A DNA stretch of 64,000 nucleotides from Neophaeotheca triangularis. Taxonomy: Eukaryota. Made by a program: the position numbers and the translations under genes. Under the pieces are notes generated by a model that was not told where the DNA came from, did no database searches, and saw nothing but the letters and a program-made list of their open reading frames with translations. The DNA lies in contig BAAIJX010000005.1 in assembly GCA_054600435.1 (NCBI GenBank), positions 434,001 to 498,000 of the forward strand, in the 5' to 3' direction. Positions 1 through 12,653 of the stretch are shown here, piece by piece; position 1 is the first letter of the stretch; each line of letters starts with the position of its first letter.

Positions 1-680
1 TCCCCACTGCTTCGTCCCTTGATCTCAGGTTCTTCGGCTGTCAGCGGTGGGCTCGGGGGAGCGCGGGTAGCAGGCTGGGCAGCAGGCGTCGAATTTCTCT
101 TACTCTGATCACGTCCGACATCCGTAGGCTCCGGCGTATGTAGCGAGACCTTTGGCGAGGTGCCGACCTCTTCTCGACTCCCCACCGCCTCTCTGCTATG
201 GGCTTTGCTGAAAGTCGGATACGAACTCCTGGGCCTCACGTCTTCCAAACTCGCAGAATTCTTCGACCTGCGGTCCATTTCAGGCACGCCCAGAGTTCCC
301 ATCCTCGCAGCACCCCTATCACTCGTCGTCGCGGGTATTTTTGGCGTCGAAGCTCGCTCCCTCTCCTTCCTGCTCGCCCTCTCGCGTTCCTCACTCGGCG
401 TTCTGCGCTTCACAGTTTTCTTCCCGGATCTGTCGCCCTCGTGGTCTCTGTCCTTTCTAGACGACCGTTTCTTTTCTTTAGTAGAGCCACTGGTATTGCT
501 GTCGCGGTCACGGTCGTATTCCTTCCTGCGCCGTCTGGGCTCGTCGGAAGCGGCTTCGTTGCGACTGGGCATGTCGCATTGGGGCGAAATGAGTGGTGTG
601 TGGTGAAGGTGAGACTCAAGAGCTTCTACAACTGGCAACCCGGGAGCTGTGCCGTCGGGGTACGTGTAGAAGTCGGGCAT
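1..680 (-). CDS. 5' part of an uncharacterised charged, low-complexity protein (runs off the window)
   Basis: ATG at 680 opens an uninterrupted frame to the window edge (MPDFYTYPDG...SYPTFSKAHSREAVGSRE...PPSPPLT...). It is absent from the ORF track because there is no stop inside the window. Confidence 0.7.
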   Translation of the reverse strand, partial: MPDFYTYPDGTAPGLPVVEALESHLHHTPLISPQCDMPSRNEAASDEPRRRRKEYDRDRDSNTSGSTKEKKRSSRKDRDHEGDRSGKKTVKRRTPSEERERASRKERERASTPKIPATTSDRGAARMGTLGVPEMDRRSKNSASLEDVRPRSSYPTFSKAHSREAVGSREEVGTSPKVSLHTPEPTDVGRDQSKRNSTPAAQPATRAPPSPPLTAEEPEIKGRSSG

Positions 681-1898
681 GGCAAAGGGTCGTTGGCTTC
701 GTTGGCTGGCTAGAGCTGCAGCTGTTCGCCTGGCTCGGGCGCTTGTGACAGGTGGGGGTGTGATTGGTTGACGACTATCTTCACACTTGAAGAACGTCTC
801 TTCACTTCAACAGTTTCCAGAAACGCAACAAGTGAGGAAAGAGGCATATCTACGCACTTGGGGCAATACCTAGTCAAGGTTTGGATCGTGGGGTAACGAC
901 AGGTAAGCCTGCGTACCTTATATATACTTCGAATGTGATGTACTGAGGAGCGCAAGCGAGCAAGAGCTTCCGTATTGGGCAGCAAGCGTCCACCAACACA
1001 TACCACTCTCGCAGCACTCGCTGGAAAAGGCAGGCGAAAATACATGCAATGTATCACCACCTACCCTGTCTACCTTGAAGGGGCTTTGTGCGCAAAAAAC
1101 CTATGGCATGTATTGAGAAAGGAAATGCGACGTGAGCAACCGACGATACAATCCTTACAGCAGCAAGGGGTTACAACGAGCACGTTAATTATTATCCATA
1201 GCAGACTCAGTTTAAGTAATGGAGCAGGGTCGTGATGATCAACAACGAATGTTCTTTGTACTACTACGACTACACAAGTGTACAGCTCCATCTCATCTCA
1301 TCAAAACATCTTGCACACCCTCTCCCACTCCCTCGCAATGATAAGCCATACGACCAGCGTAAAGCAATACACAGCAAGGGGTATTGGGAAGCTAGAAAGA
1401 AAATAGAGACCTTCGAAAGTTCCGCGCACGCAACAAGAGCGATTGACCCCTCCGCTAGACCCTTTCGCTGCAAGCAAAGATGATGACGACAGAAAAGTTA
1501 TAATGTTACAAGGTGCCGGAGCACGAATGGTAGTATCGCGAAAATGAAGCAAGCTCCACCTGGGTAGGTGGAGGTATTCCGTCTGATGGTGCGGGTCGGT
1601 ATTAAAGTTGTACAGCGAGGGAAGAAGAATGGTATACAATGAAGCTTCGCCCGAGATGGAGTTTGGGTGGCGGGCGGCGGTGGTGTTGTCGGTCCGCTGG
1701 CTTCTGGATTGGTGGTCCGAGAATGGTAGTAGCTGCTCCGACTGGCGGTCGTGGTATTCTTTTTTATGGGCCCCTGTCTATGATGGCTCATACGTGACGG
1801 CATGATGGGTCGTTGCGTAAAGATACGAGACTGACTACGAGACTGACAGGTAAGGAGATGGTTGTGATCGATTGGCGACGAGGTAGACGGCTTGTCCT

Positions 1899-3776
1899 TC
1901 ACTCGTTGTCCCTCTTCCTCTTCTTTTGTGTCGACTTGCGGTCGGAAGAGTGGTTACTGTCAGCGTCGGACCACGAGCCATTGCTGGAGCTGGAAGAGCT
2001 GGAGACCTGGGCAGCGGCGTCGAAGAGCATAGTACCAAGCTCGCTGTCGTCGGGGCTGGAGCGGTCTGATGCCGGTGGCTGAGGGGTGTATTGCTCGCTC
2101 TTTGGCCTGAGGATGGTGCCAGTCTCACCGCTGTTGACGGAGTCCATTGGCTGTTGTCCTTGCATTCCGTGCTCTTCTTGTGGGAGGACACCCATGACCA
2201 TGGTGCCGGCGCCGTGGGTGCGCTGGTGCTGGCTGAGGTTGTCAGAGCGAGAGAACTTTTTGCCGCAGTCGGTGCATTCAAAGGGCTTGTCGTGGGTGTG
2301 AAGGGAGCGGTAGTGACGCTTGAGGTGTTCTTGACGGCGGAAGCGGCGGGCGCATAGGGTGCAGACAAAGGTCTTGCTCGGGTCATCGGTCAGGGACTGC
2401 TTCCGACCGCGACGAGAGACTGAGCCGCTGGCCGCGGGTGTGGTTGCACCAGACTCGGAGTGGTCGGAGGTTGTGCTGGCGGCGGTGGAGGTGGGAGCAG
2501 TCGAGTGCTGGTGCGAGTGACCGTCGGTTGATTGGTACATGGAGACGGCCTCGGCAGCCTTTTTAGCTGTACGTCGCTTGGGTTTCGGGGCGGCGGCAGT
2601 GCTTGCAGGGATGGAAAAGTCAGAGGTAGCGGGGGAGAAGCCGGCTAGGAGGTCGACCTCATCACTGTAGCTCTCCTCGCTGAAGAAGCCGTCGTCCTCG
2701 ATCAGAGCTGGCGCGGGGGCGGGCTCAAGTCGCTGGCGCTTGCTGCCGTTGAAGTGCACGTCGGTGTTGTAAGCGGCAAAGGCGGAAAAGTCATCATCGA
2801 CGACGTCGAGTTCGAAAAGTGGTTCGTACGTGGGCAGACCGTGGAAGTGGGCGGGCTCAGGGGCAACAGCGACCTGCACGTTTTCAGGGGAAGGGGCCTG
2901 CGCTTGCAGGTTTGCGTCGTCGGCGTCGCCAGGTGCAAGCGTCGGCATGCACGGAAAGTCGGCGCCGGCCTGCGACCCCACCGTCAAATTCCGAGGATCA
3001 CACACCTCGTGTTCTGAGCTTGCGGCCCGCGACATGGACATGGACGATACCATAGACCGCGGCACCGGCGACGGCGACGGCGAGTAACCTACGCTGTATG
3101 CATTGCTGAGGCTGTAGTTGTTGTTGTTGTTGTTGCCCTCATTCTGTCCAGCAGAAGAAGGGTGCAAAAAGACAGGCGTCATGGGTGGGGATCCCGGCCG
3201 TGCCCAATCGCCGCCAGCCAAGACCTCGGAAAATACCTCCTCCTCGCAACCTTCCTTGACCGCGTGGAAGCCGGGAGTGTTTTGTTGCGATCCGAACAGC
3301 CCACCGCCATTGACAGGCGTAGGCAGCATGTTGATGCTCGACGGCGGACTGTCAACAGAGCTGAAGCTACCAGACGCCGACAGAGTTGGCGTCGCTGGGT
3401 AGTGCGAGCCGCAGTCAGTGTTCAATGGCATCAGGCTCGGTATGTCCTGCTGCACGAGAATCGTAGGCTTCTGGTGGGTTGCTTTTGGAGAAGCGTCCGG
3501 CGTCAACATGGCTTGCGAGATGTAGGCTGGCTTCGGCTGCGGCTGGTGCATGTATGCTCCAGCCGAATGAGGCCTCTGGTACATCTGCTGCTCATACTGA
3601 GGAGCCATGTACTGTGCGGGTGTCGATGGAACCGTTGCGAATGGGAGGCCGTGAGGTTGCTGGGGGTGCGAGGTCCAATGACCGTGCTGTCTGTTGTCGG
3701 ACGATGGGTCTGGGTTGTAGTAGAAAAAGGCCGGTTGACCCATGGGCGGAACGTGTGGGTACTGAGCGTATTCCAT
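1899..3776 (-). CDS. seb1: Msn2/4-like C2H2 zinc-finger stress transcription factor (Seb1/SebA/MsnA type)
   Basis: 625-aa ORF with [59 protein letters not shown], the signature of the Pezizomycotina Seb1/MsnA family. Confidence 0.92.
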   Translation of the reverse strand: MEYAQYPHVPPMGQPAFFYYNPDPSSDNRQHGHWTSHPQQPHGLPFATVPSTPAQYMAPQYEQQMYQRPHSAGAYMHQPQPKPAYISQAMLTPDASPKATHQKPTILVQQDIPSLMPLNTDCGSHYPATPTLSASGSFSSVDSPPSSINMLPTPVNGGGLFGSQQNTPGFHAVKEGCEEEVFSEVLAGGDWARPGSPPMTPVFLHPSSAGQNEGNNNNNNYSLSNAYSVGYSPSPSPVPRSMVSSMSMSRAASSEHEVCDPRNLTVGSQAGADFPCMPTLAPGDADDANLQAQAPSPENVQVAVAPEPAHFHGLPTYEPLFELDVVDDDFSAFAAYNTDVHFNGSKRQRLEPAPAPALIEDDGFFSEESYSDEVDLLAGFSPATSDFSIPASTAAAPKPKRRTAKKAAEAVSMYQSTDGHSHQHSTAPTSTAASTTSDHSESGATTPAASGSVSRRGRKQSLTDDPSKTFVCTLCARRFRRQEHLKRHYRSLHTHDKPFECTDCGKKFSRSDNLSQHQRTHGAGTMVMGVLPQEEHGMQGQQPMDSVNSGETGTILRPKSEQYTPQPPASDRSSPDDSELGTMLFDAAAQVSSSSSSSNGSWSDADSNHSSDRKSTQKKRKRDNE

Positions 3777-6700
3777 CGTTCTGTTTCGTGCTTGTTAGAC
3801 TCCTTTTATCTTTCAACTCGATGCCACTGCCCTTGACTACTGACCGGCTTGTTGAGACTTGATGTTAGTGTTGTTGTCTTGGTCGATCGAATCAATCGAT
3901 TGATGTCTCGACGCTTTGAATTAAGTGGTTATAGAGTTGGATATGGTGACACAAATGTACAGGATTGTTGTTGACGCTGACGGTGTTCAGTGTCGAAGGA
4001 GTGACTGGCCGACGAAAGAGACGATGCTCATCCGTCTACTAGGTGCTATGGGTTAGTAGTCCGAGGTCGAGGTCCGCGTATGTCGGTGGGAGTGCTCGAT
4101 AAAAGTGAGACAAAGAAGAAGTGGTGTTAGCAACAGGATTCCAAAGGAGTGACGGACACTGCTGCTCTCGCAAAAGCACAGATCGAGAAAGTATCAAGAG
4201 AACAAAAGGCACTGGAATATGACGACGTAGGGAAGCGCGCGAGAGAAGGATGGAAGCGATCAGGTTGTAATAAAACTACGAATCGATTAGCTAGGGAAGA
4301 AGCGGGTAAAGAATAGATCAGCACAGGACTGAGACGGCGGTAGCCAGCCCAAAGACGCGGGCCTGCCAGGCACACGAGACTAGTCGAGCTGGCTCATGGG
4401 GGAGGTCGGGACGGGTGGAAATATTACTGACTTGCACAAGCGCTGGAGCCCAAACGCGACCATTTTCAGCCTTCCGCTGCTGCAGGTACCGATACCCCAG
4501 TCACTACGCTAAAGCGGAAACACTGCCCGTCTACAGTAGTAGTAGTAGTAGTCAGGTACAGGCACATGCTCACCGCGTAACCGACGAGTCGTGTTAGGTA
4601 CAGTAGTCCCCACACGGCCTCTTCTCCCAACTCGCCGCGACCCAACCGGCCTTTTGTCTCTTCTGTCTTGCAAGTTGCTGCTGCTGCGCCTCGACGGCCG
4701 ACATGCAGATATGCAGGTACCGACTCGACTCTGCGTCGCTCTTATCTTACAGGCTTGCGCAGGCCCAAGCAGGTGGTGTGGGTTGTGCCCACGCGTTGCC
4801 GCTCACGCTACTCTGGTTGTGCTGCGCGTGAGAACATGGCACAAAGCCGACTGTCGGAAATGGAAGTGGGAATGGAAGCTGGCTCATGATGCTCACCAGC
4901 TACTGAATCTCACATGCAGGCGCACGACACCGGCGAGACCGGGTGGTAGAGGCCGAGTCAAATCACGAGCGGTACGCTGCTGTGCAAACAATGATTCGGT
5001 GCTTCTCGACCCTCACACCCGGCCAACGAGAACGGTGTATCACCGTGTCGAAGACTGTGACGAAAAGACCGGCGGCGAATTTTGGGTTGATGGTGTCTTG
5101 TGTGTGCGGTCGGCTGCATGTTGGTGTGCTTGGTGGTACCGTAGTACTCGGTATAACTGTGCCTCTGGACCAGTGGGAGGTCCCCCACATGTGGCCACGC
5201 AGTCGCCTCAGTATTGTTTCTTGTGCGTTGGTGGTATCTGCCGTGCAAACGTAGCGCGTGGCGGCCGATCAGCCTGTTTGGCCAACTGGCCGTCCTTACT
5301 ACTCTACTACCTAGGTACCTAGGTACTGCTACAGTACTTAGCGCCGGCTTCAGACGCTAGGTAGGTCCTAATCAACAACAATAATCTACACACCCTCGTC
5401 GCACTCTACCTAGCTTGCCTAGGTAGGTATCGTCGTTTACGTGCCTCGTTATCCAACTTATTACTATCGAGACAAAGTTGTGTATGTCTCGCGGGCTGAC
5501 TGTTTTTGCTGAGCCCAAGTCATCGCCATGGCCACTACTACAGTGAGGGAGGTAGGTACTGTCCCGTCCCTTTTTACCGTTGGATGTCCTGTTGGTCAAC
5601 GTTGTGGACCTGGCCTGAGCTGCCTTGACAGACAATTGCCGGTGACTGTTGACATGATTGCGTTAGGGCATCCGGGAGTGTTGGTGAGAACAAACGAGTC
5701 GCGCTTGAAACAGTCGTGCATGTTCATAGACCATGTCCATCAGGGTCTGACCGTCCGATGGTCCAGGAGTGGAAGATGCCCGCCCGATATTGTGATGATT
5801 GAGTAAGACTAGCCCAAACCACGACTCGGGCCCGGTGGGTGGAGAAGATCTTCAGCCGGACTGTGGACACTGGACAGCTTTTATTACGCTCGAGCTCAAT
5901 AGTAGATACTAAGTACTACTGTATGCACAAGTGGTAGGGACTAGTAGGTAGTGTGGTAATATACTGTGTGTTATCGGACCACGTGGTCTTTTAGCCTGAT
6001 ACCTGCTAGTAGGTACATTGCTGCATTCATTATTGTTGATGTTTAGTGTTTACTACTATTCAAGCACAGTGAAGGAAGGCACGGTATGTGGGCGATGTCG
6101 GCTTCCCGACTCTGTGACGGGAGCTTTCCATCATTCAACATGACCAGATAAGTACCTACAGTATTTTCTGTCCGTGGTATTACAGTAGGTCATGTACCTA
6201 CAGTACCTAGGTAGGTGTGTACCTACCTAGGAAGTACAACAATAATACCAACACTACCTTGGTATTCTTGCCCAGTCTCAGAATAGCTTTCAATTCTCCT
6301 ACTCATGCATGGCGGAACTCTGTACCTGCATATTCTCTAATAATAAGGTCACATTATTATCGTCGAATTGACGCACAGGAACCCGCCGAAAAGCCGACCT
6401 TTCCATCATGTCGCCGTTGTCCAACTCCACGGCACACGTCAAGCATACCCACTCCCTCTAACCACGCTACTGCAAGGTACACGAAAGCTACCACTACTAC
6501 TACTACTATAGGAGGTAGCATGCAGGAACTAAAACAAAGGCCTCTGCCGCTCTATAGACCATGTTTCATCTTACACGGACGGTACCTATGCGGCCGCAGT
6601 CAAGGCTAATGTTCGTTCCAATAACGCAGCTACAACATACTGCATCCTCGCTTGAACCCTGCCGAAACACCTTGAATCCTTCGAGAAGCTCTGAAAGTAG

Positions 6701-7741
6701 CGGCCGTCACTATACGTCGTCTCCAGGCTTTTCTTTCACATGCCGACGCGGGGAAATTTGTACAGCCTTGCTCGCTAAACTGTTGATGAACAGGGTCTCG
6801 ATGTAAACTGTTCTAGTCGAAACCCCCGAGCAGCGACCGAAGGCGAGGGCCGTGGCCGCAGAGGCGAGACGGTCGCGGTCCGCAGGCCCTCCCCACGAAC
6901 AATAATCCTCTCCATACCGGCACGACGGCCTCATCAACCCGCACGGTGGCGCCGGGGGAGGGAGCTCCCCAAACCGTCGTCTTCACCGACCTTCCATAAG
7001 CTCTGCCTGAACTTTCTAGCGTCACTTTGAAATGAGATCAGCCCTGAAGCGAGATTACCTCGATTGCGGAACCTCGCCAATACGAGTGAGCTGTCTGGCC
7101 ATCTTCATCTAGTGCTCCAACGGCTTGCGAGCTTGCATCATCCTTCGGACCTTCCATGCGAACCCAATGCCAGTGCTCTGGCGCCGGTATCTCGATTGCG
7201 TTGAGATGGCCCCAGCCGTAAAGGGAAGAAGCCTCTGCCTTTGACTAGATGCCGACGGAGTTTCTTGAAGCGGAGCTGTAGGTCCGGCAGCTTCTATATT
7301 TCACGAGTTCTCTCGCCGCGCCAACATGACAGCGGGCAATACTGGAGCCCACGTCTAAAGAGCCTGGGGATCGAACCCTAAGAGTGTGACAAGATTAGTT
7401 CGCTAAAGACAAAACTGTGACGGTCGGAAGCATGTTCGTAGTTCGAAAGCCTCTCCATCTCGGCGATATGGGTCACGCGACCACTCACTACGAACTCTCA
7501 TCCCAAAGCGCTATGGAATATTATTCCCAACTGCCTGGAGTCTCAACGCTAGAGTTATTGGCTTGAAAGTATCTCCAAAAGGGGTTCAGTAGTTCAAAAC
7601 ATCAACTAACTATCAAGTATGGGCAATGTAACTTAATCCTGCCGTCACTTTGGCATCTCGCAGCAAATGGTATTACACTTTCCCCTGGTGGCGAAGGGTC
7701 CGGCTGCTTACCAGCACCATCCCGGCCTCGACAGTGCTTCA

Positions 7742-10700
7742 TCACACGTTCTCCCGGATCCATGTCCAGAGCTTTGTGAAATACTCCTCAGACACAGGCG
7801 GGACATCACGCAACGCCGGCAATGCTTCTTTGGTACGGCTCATCGAGAACGCCTTGATAATGTCACCAGATTCGTGCTGGCCCTTGCCCCCGTCCGTGTT
7901 GCGATCTTTTCCGGCGTACGCCTGCTTCCAGTGGTCTAGAAGCTGCAACGACGGATGCTCAGATCCCGACCTTGAAGCAGACTCCAGCTCTTCCGTCCAC
8001 TGCGAGGGAGCAACCTCCCTGAACTCCTCTAGCTTCCTCAGCCATCCGAGCATAGCAGTCCATTTCGGTCTTCGGTGCTCGTTAATGACGTGAAAGACTT
8101 GCAACTCCCCCTGCCCATCACGGTAAGCAGCGCCCTCGATCAACGCCGTGGCGGCGCGGTCTACTGGCAGCCAGTCCAAACTCTCGTGCTCCAGCAACGG
8201 CAAAGACCCCGTAACCTTGACAGCACTGAGCATCATGGGCCACGCCTCCTTCTCGTTCCAAACCCCGTGCACGCTGTCCCCGGCCAGCTGTCCGACGCGA
8301 AAGACAGAAACTCTACCCCTCAACCGCGTAATAGAATTTGCATTATTGCAAATCTGCTCCGCAACCCATTTGCTCTGCGAATACCCCAGCTCCGTCGCCG
8401 AGGCAGGGTCTTCCATCAGAAGCTCCGGTATAGGGTTCAGCTCCGAAGCCATCACGCTCGCCACCGATGAGCAGAACGCAAATCTGGGAGGCGTGCGCTT
8501 TGGAGATGCCAAAGCGAGATCGACAAGGTTGCGGACGCCGGCGATGTTGTCTTTGACGAAGCTTCGGAGCTTCATCCGGAAGTTCACAGACCACGCTACG
8601 TGCATGATTGTTGTTGCTTCTCGGGAAATCTGGTCGTATTGGGCTGTTGAGAGCCCCAGTCGCTCGTCGCTCAGCTGTGCCTGTACTACTTCGACTGCGG
8701 TGTCGGTGTTGGTCGCGAGAGGTGACAGTTTCCGCTGCAAAAGCGCTTTATTGACGCGTTCAAAGGCCGCGTTTTCGTCTGCGCCACGTACCAGGCAGTA
8801 AATCTTCGAGACGGAAGGGCTGTTACGGTATTGAGCTAGTATGTGAGCGCCCAACGCTCCCGTTGCTCCGGTAAGCACGATGATCTCCTTGTCTTCTTGT
8901 TTCACGCCATTTGCAGTGCCATTTCTCTCCCCAGCGTTGGCAAAGACACTGTACTCCTGGACCAAGCGACGCATGTAATCGTGTTCGTTACCGCTGTTCG
9001 AGACGTCTTCGCCCCTTCGCCGCCTTGCAATGTACTCGGCGAGCTTTTCTATATTGCCACAGTCCTCGACGACATTGATTGGCAATGGACCTGCGCTCGT
9101 CGGTAGCAGCTGGCGTAGTCGATGCCGTATCTGCATGCCGGCCACAGAGTCCACGCCAAAGGAGAAGAGATCGGTTTGCTCAGTCAACATCTGGTCCTTA
9201 GGCAAGACCTTCTGAATCATAGCCTTGATAGCTTGCGGTAGGTCCTCGTCGTTGACATTGCGGCTGGCTTCATCTACCGGCAACTCGTACGCGCCATCTA
9301 TGTTCTTCCGGAATCTCTTCTCCGCGGCGCCTCGAATGATGGTCCCCTTGCTGCTTTTCTCCAGCGGGGTTTCCAATGCGGGCATCGGGACCAGCATATC
9401 CTTCGACAGGCGCGCATGGTCCTGGCTCTCACTGTTAAGCTTGCTCACGACAGGCCACAGTTGCTCCAGCAGCTCCGCATCGCTGTCTTCTCGCGCAGCG
9501 GCCGAGCGGAACAGCAGAGCACCCGGGTAAGGCTGCCCATTGCCAAAAATGAGCACGCTGTCCAGCTTGCTCGAGGCCGCGGTTATTGAGTCCTCCAGAG
9601 GTGCCGGATCAAACTTCTTCCCCGTAACGAGCGTCAGTTGCGAGTCAGCGCGCGAGTGATACCTCCAAGCATTCGCGATAGTCGGGTGCGGCGCGAACAA
9701 ATCGCTCGTGGCAAAAGAGCCGTCTTCTCGGTTGCGCTTCGCCATATGTGGCCACCCCGGCAGCACTACCAGCTCGCACAAGCCGTCCGTTTGCGGTTCA
9801 AATCGAATGTGCTCTGCGCCTGAATCGCTGCGCAGGTACTGCCATTCTGTGTCCTTGTCGAAGTGCCGCTGCGAGGACATGAGGAAGCCACACTCGGCGC
9901 TGCCGAAGCGCGAGATGAGGTTGATGCCGCTGCGGACGAGACGATCGCCGACTTCTGCCGGCAGTGCTGCGCCCCCTACTCCCACCATGTCCATTTGCTG
10001 CAGGTATTTGAGCCCCTGCTCGTCGGCTTCGAGCGATTGCAGAACGTAGGGGACTGAGGAGAAGTATTTGATCTGCGGCAGCCCAGCAGTCTCGGTGGCC
10101 TCACCTGCTATCGATAGACATTTGACCACGTTCGATCCGGTGATGGGCACGCCTTTGCCGGGAAAGAGCACAATCATCGCGCCGCTGCTCCAGGCACGGA
10201 AGACGTCGGCGACTCCACCATGGTACAGCGGAGTAGTAGTAAAGCTTGCGGCATCTTTGCTTCCCGGCAACGAAGGAAGCACCCCAACACCGGCACGATG
10301 AGTCTGAGGAATGGGTTTGGGGACTCCGGACGACGTCCCAGAAGTGTGGTGCAGATACGCTACATCGCTCTCCGCAACTTCCGCCATCTGGATCGATTCA
10401 ATCGACCCATGGCGGGCACTTTCCGTCACTGGCCCATTGCAAGCCTCGACGACATCAACAGTGCGCAGACCCTCGCCAGCCAGCTTCGCGGCCTCGAGCG
10501 CTTGCGACTCGTAAACGCTGTCGTAAAGCAAAACTTCGACTCCGCACTCGGCGCACAGATGCTTAATAGCGGCCGGCTGGCACTGCGGCGCTATCAGCAA
10601 CACCGCATGGCCCAGCCACATCAAGCCAAGCCACGTGAAGAGAAAGTCCGGCGTGCTGGGACAAATGAGCGCGATAGTCGAGCGGCTCTCCGAAAGGGTT

Positions 10701-10933
10701 TTGAGTTTGCTGGCGACGCGTTGGGTGCCATTTCTGATTTCTTGAAAGGTGTAGATCAGATTTGTCCAGGGGTCCTGAGGGTTGTCGCCTGGGAGCGGGA
10801 AGGAGATGGCTTGTTGTGTGGGGGTCTCGGAGGCGAGTTTGGAGAGTAGGTCGGGGACTGAAGAGAATTGCCCATTGTTCCCCTGGGCGGCTGCTTGGCC
10901 TAAAGTGCAAGTGAAGTAGGTTGGTGTTGCCAT
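7742..10933 (-). CDS. NRPS-like enzyme (adenylation-thiolation-reductase, carboxylic-acid-reductase-like)
   Basis: 1063 aa. A-domain P-loop YLHHTSGTSSGVPKP, phosphopantetheine site FGVDSV, and NAD-binding R domain (LTGATGALG; GYSQSKWVAE). Confidence 0.92.
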   Translation of the reverse strand: MATPTYFTCTLGQAAAQGNNGQFSSVPDLLSKLASETPTQQAISFPLPGDNPQDPWTNLIYTFQEIRNGTQRVASKLKTLSESRSTIALICPSTPDFLFTWLGLMWLGHAVLLIAPQCQPAAIKHLCAECGVEVLLYDSVYESQALEAAKLAGEGLRTVDVVEACNGPVTESARHGSIESIQMAEVAESDVAYLHHTSGTSSGVPKPIPQTHRAGVGVLPSLPGSKDAASFTTTPLYHGGVADVFRAWSSGAMIVLFPGKGVPITGSNVVKCLSIAGEATETAGLPQIKYFSSVPYVLQSLEADEQGLKYLQQMDMVGVGGAALPAEVGDRLVRSGINLISRFGSAECGFLMSSQRHFDKDTEWQYLRSDSGAEHIRFEPQTDGLCELVVLPGWPHMAKRNREDGSFATSDLFAPHPTIANAWRYHSRADSQLTLVTGKKFDPAPLEDSITAASSKLDSVLIFGNGQPYPGALLFRSAAAREDSDAELLEQLWPVVSKLNSESQDHARLSKDMLVPMPALETPLEKSSKGTIIRGAAEKRFRKNIDGAYELPVDEASRNVNDEDLPQAIKAMIQKVLPKDQMLTEQTDLFSFGVDSVAGMQIRHRLRQLLPTSAGPLPINVVEDCGNIEKLAEYIARRRRGEDVSNSGNEHDYMRRLVQEYSVFANAGERNGTANGVKQEDKEIIVLTGATGALGAHILAQYRNSPSVSKIYCLVRGADENAAFERVNKALLQRKLSPLATNTDTAVEVVQAQLSDERLGLSTAQYDQISREATTIMHVAWSVNFRMKLRSFVKDNIAGVRNLVDLALASPKRTPPRFAFCSSVASVMASELNPIPELLMEDPASATELGYSQSKWVAEQICNNANSITRLRGRVSVFRVGQLAGDSVHGVWNEKEAWPMMLSAVKVTGSLPLLEHESLDWLPVDRAATALIEGAAYRDGQGELQVFHVINEHRRPKWTAMLGWLRKLEEFREVAPSQWTEELESASRSGSEHPSLQLLDHWKQAYAGKDRNTDGGKGQHESGDIIKAFSMSRTKEALPALRDVPPVSEEYFTKLWTWIRENV

Positions 10934-11327
10934 TACTGTCGTTGTCGTAGAGGGTGTAGGGTTAGAGTTTGGGTGTGTTTTCTTTTGGCTATATCATGGT
11001 GTCTCGTCGATGCGTTCTTCGAGCTGCAGTTTCGAACTTAGTTTTGAGGTTGGCAGATCAATACAGAAGGACGATGAGATAGATCTCAAAGCAATCGGCA
11101 ATCGTCCGGGTGGCACCTCAGTCTACAACGACAACGTGCATGCAACGTGACGTGCATGAGTTCGACGATGGGTCCAACCCTGGAAAGTTCGGTCTTTGGG
11201 CCGACAGTAGTGGACACGGCCCCCACTCTAGCTACGCCAAGACCTTCAAAGATTCCCGTCACCTTCAACTATACGGCTTCTTCTAGCCTTGCTCTCCACT
11301 TCGTCTCTTCGATAATACCAACTAGGC

Positions 11328-12653
11328 ATGATGAGCGAACCAGAGCCCGCGCCAAAGATATCCTTCTCTCTGGGCGGTTCGAAGAAGAAGCAACAACCGG
11401 CCCCTTCCAACGGCGTCAAGCGCGCACGAGCTCTTATCGGCGAAGATGAAGACGACAGCAGAGACGTGAAGCGCACGCAAGCCGTCACACAGTTCAATGC
11501 TTCTGCTGGAGGTGCCATAGGCGATCACGTAGAGCCGGAAAAGGGTCCCCTAGTCATTGAACCGCAGAAGAACCGCGACTGGAAGGAGGCCAGCAAGCGC
11601 AAAAGACAGCGCAGTGCCCTGCCCGGCCATGGGCAGGAGGACGAGGGCCGCAGTCTCGCGGAGATGGAGGCTGCAGTGAAGAGGGTCGAAGACGCCAGGC
11701 CGGGTTATGGATTGAATGTTGCCAAAAGAGGGGATTCGGAGACTGATGCGGTGACAGAAGGAGACACCGCCATGGAGGAGGCTGAGACCTCGCAGGAAGC
11801 CCCACCGGAGCCGACCGCGGAAGCGTCCGTTCAGGCAAAAACGGAAGATGAGCAGGCAATGGAAGCGCTGCTCGGCAAGAAGAGCGCGAGGACAGATCTT
11901 TCCATTCCCGCTGTGAGCGAGGAGCAGGCCTTTCAGCACGACTACGAAGATGCGCCCGATATGGCCTCGCTTGCAGATTACGAGCGCGTTCCAGTTGAAG
12001 ATTTTGGAGCAGCACTGCTTCGCGGAATGGGCTGGAAGGATGGTGAAGGCATCGGCTCCAATCGGGGCAAGAAAGCTGTCGTCACTAAACGGCCAGAGAA
12101 GCGGCCTGCACTGTTGGGTATTGGTGCGAAAGAAGAAGCTGCGGTAGCGCAAGAACTGGGCACATGGGGAAAAGCAGCCAAAGATCGCAAAGGGCCGGCT
12201 GTGGTCTACAATCCGGTCTTGATGAGAGACAAGGAAACGGGCGAAATGTTCACGGAGGAGGAGCTCAAGGCGAAGCAGGAGAAGGAAGAAAAGGCGAAGT
12301 ACGAGTACGAGTTCGAAGAGCAGAAGAGGGACAAGGAGAGGGCGAGGCGCAGAAGGGAGGAAGAGAGCGATCGCAAGGATAAGAGGAGCCATAGGAGGGA
12401 CTCGGAGCGCAGGCGCAGGGACTCTGACAGTGAAGACGAGTATCGGCGGAGGAAGGAGAAGGAAAGGAAGAGACGGGATCGCGAGCGCGACGACGAGGAC
12501 GAGGATGAATACAGACGGCGAAAGGACAAGGAACGAAGGCGGAGGGAGCGCGACCGCGAGGATCGTGACCATGATCGTGAGCGATCGCGGAAGCATGAAC
12601 TAGACGGACGACGGGATCGCAGCAGAGAGCGTAAGCGAGAGCGCCGAAGGTGA
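11328..12653 (+). CDS. spp2: Pre-mRNA splicing factor Spp2/MOS2 (G-patch)
   Basis: YERVPVEDFGAALLRGMGWK G-patch, RPALLGIGAK motif and an RD/RE-rich C-terminus. Confidence 0.88.
   Translation: MMSEPEPAPKISFSLGGSKKKQQPAPSNGVKRARALIGEDEDDSRDVKRTQAVTQFNASAGGAIGDHVEPEKGPLVIEPQKNRDWKEASKRKRQRSALPGHGQEDEGRSLAEMEAAVKRVEDARPGYGLNVAKRGDSETDAVTEGDTAMEEAETSQEAPPEPTAEASVQAKTEDEQAMEALLGKKSARTDLSIPAVSEEQAFQHDYEDAPDMASLADYERVPVEDFGAALLRGMGWKDGEGIGSNRGKKAVVTKRPEKRPALLGIGAKEEAAVAQELGTWGKAAKDRKGPAVVYNPVLMRDKETGEMFTEEELKAKQEKEEKAKYEYEFEEQKRDKERARRRREEESDRKDKRSHRRDSERRRRDSDSEDEYRRRKEKERKRRDRERDDEDEDEYRRRKDKERRRRERDREDRDHDRERSRKHELDGRRDRSRERKRERRR

Noticed and set aside
7366..7378. tRNA T-loop/B-box-like GGGTTCGATCCCC on the minus strand
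   Set aside because: No acceptor stem, D arm or anticodon arm could be folded around it.
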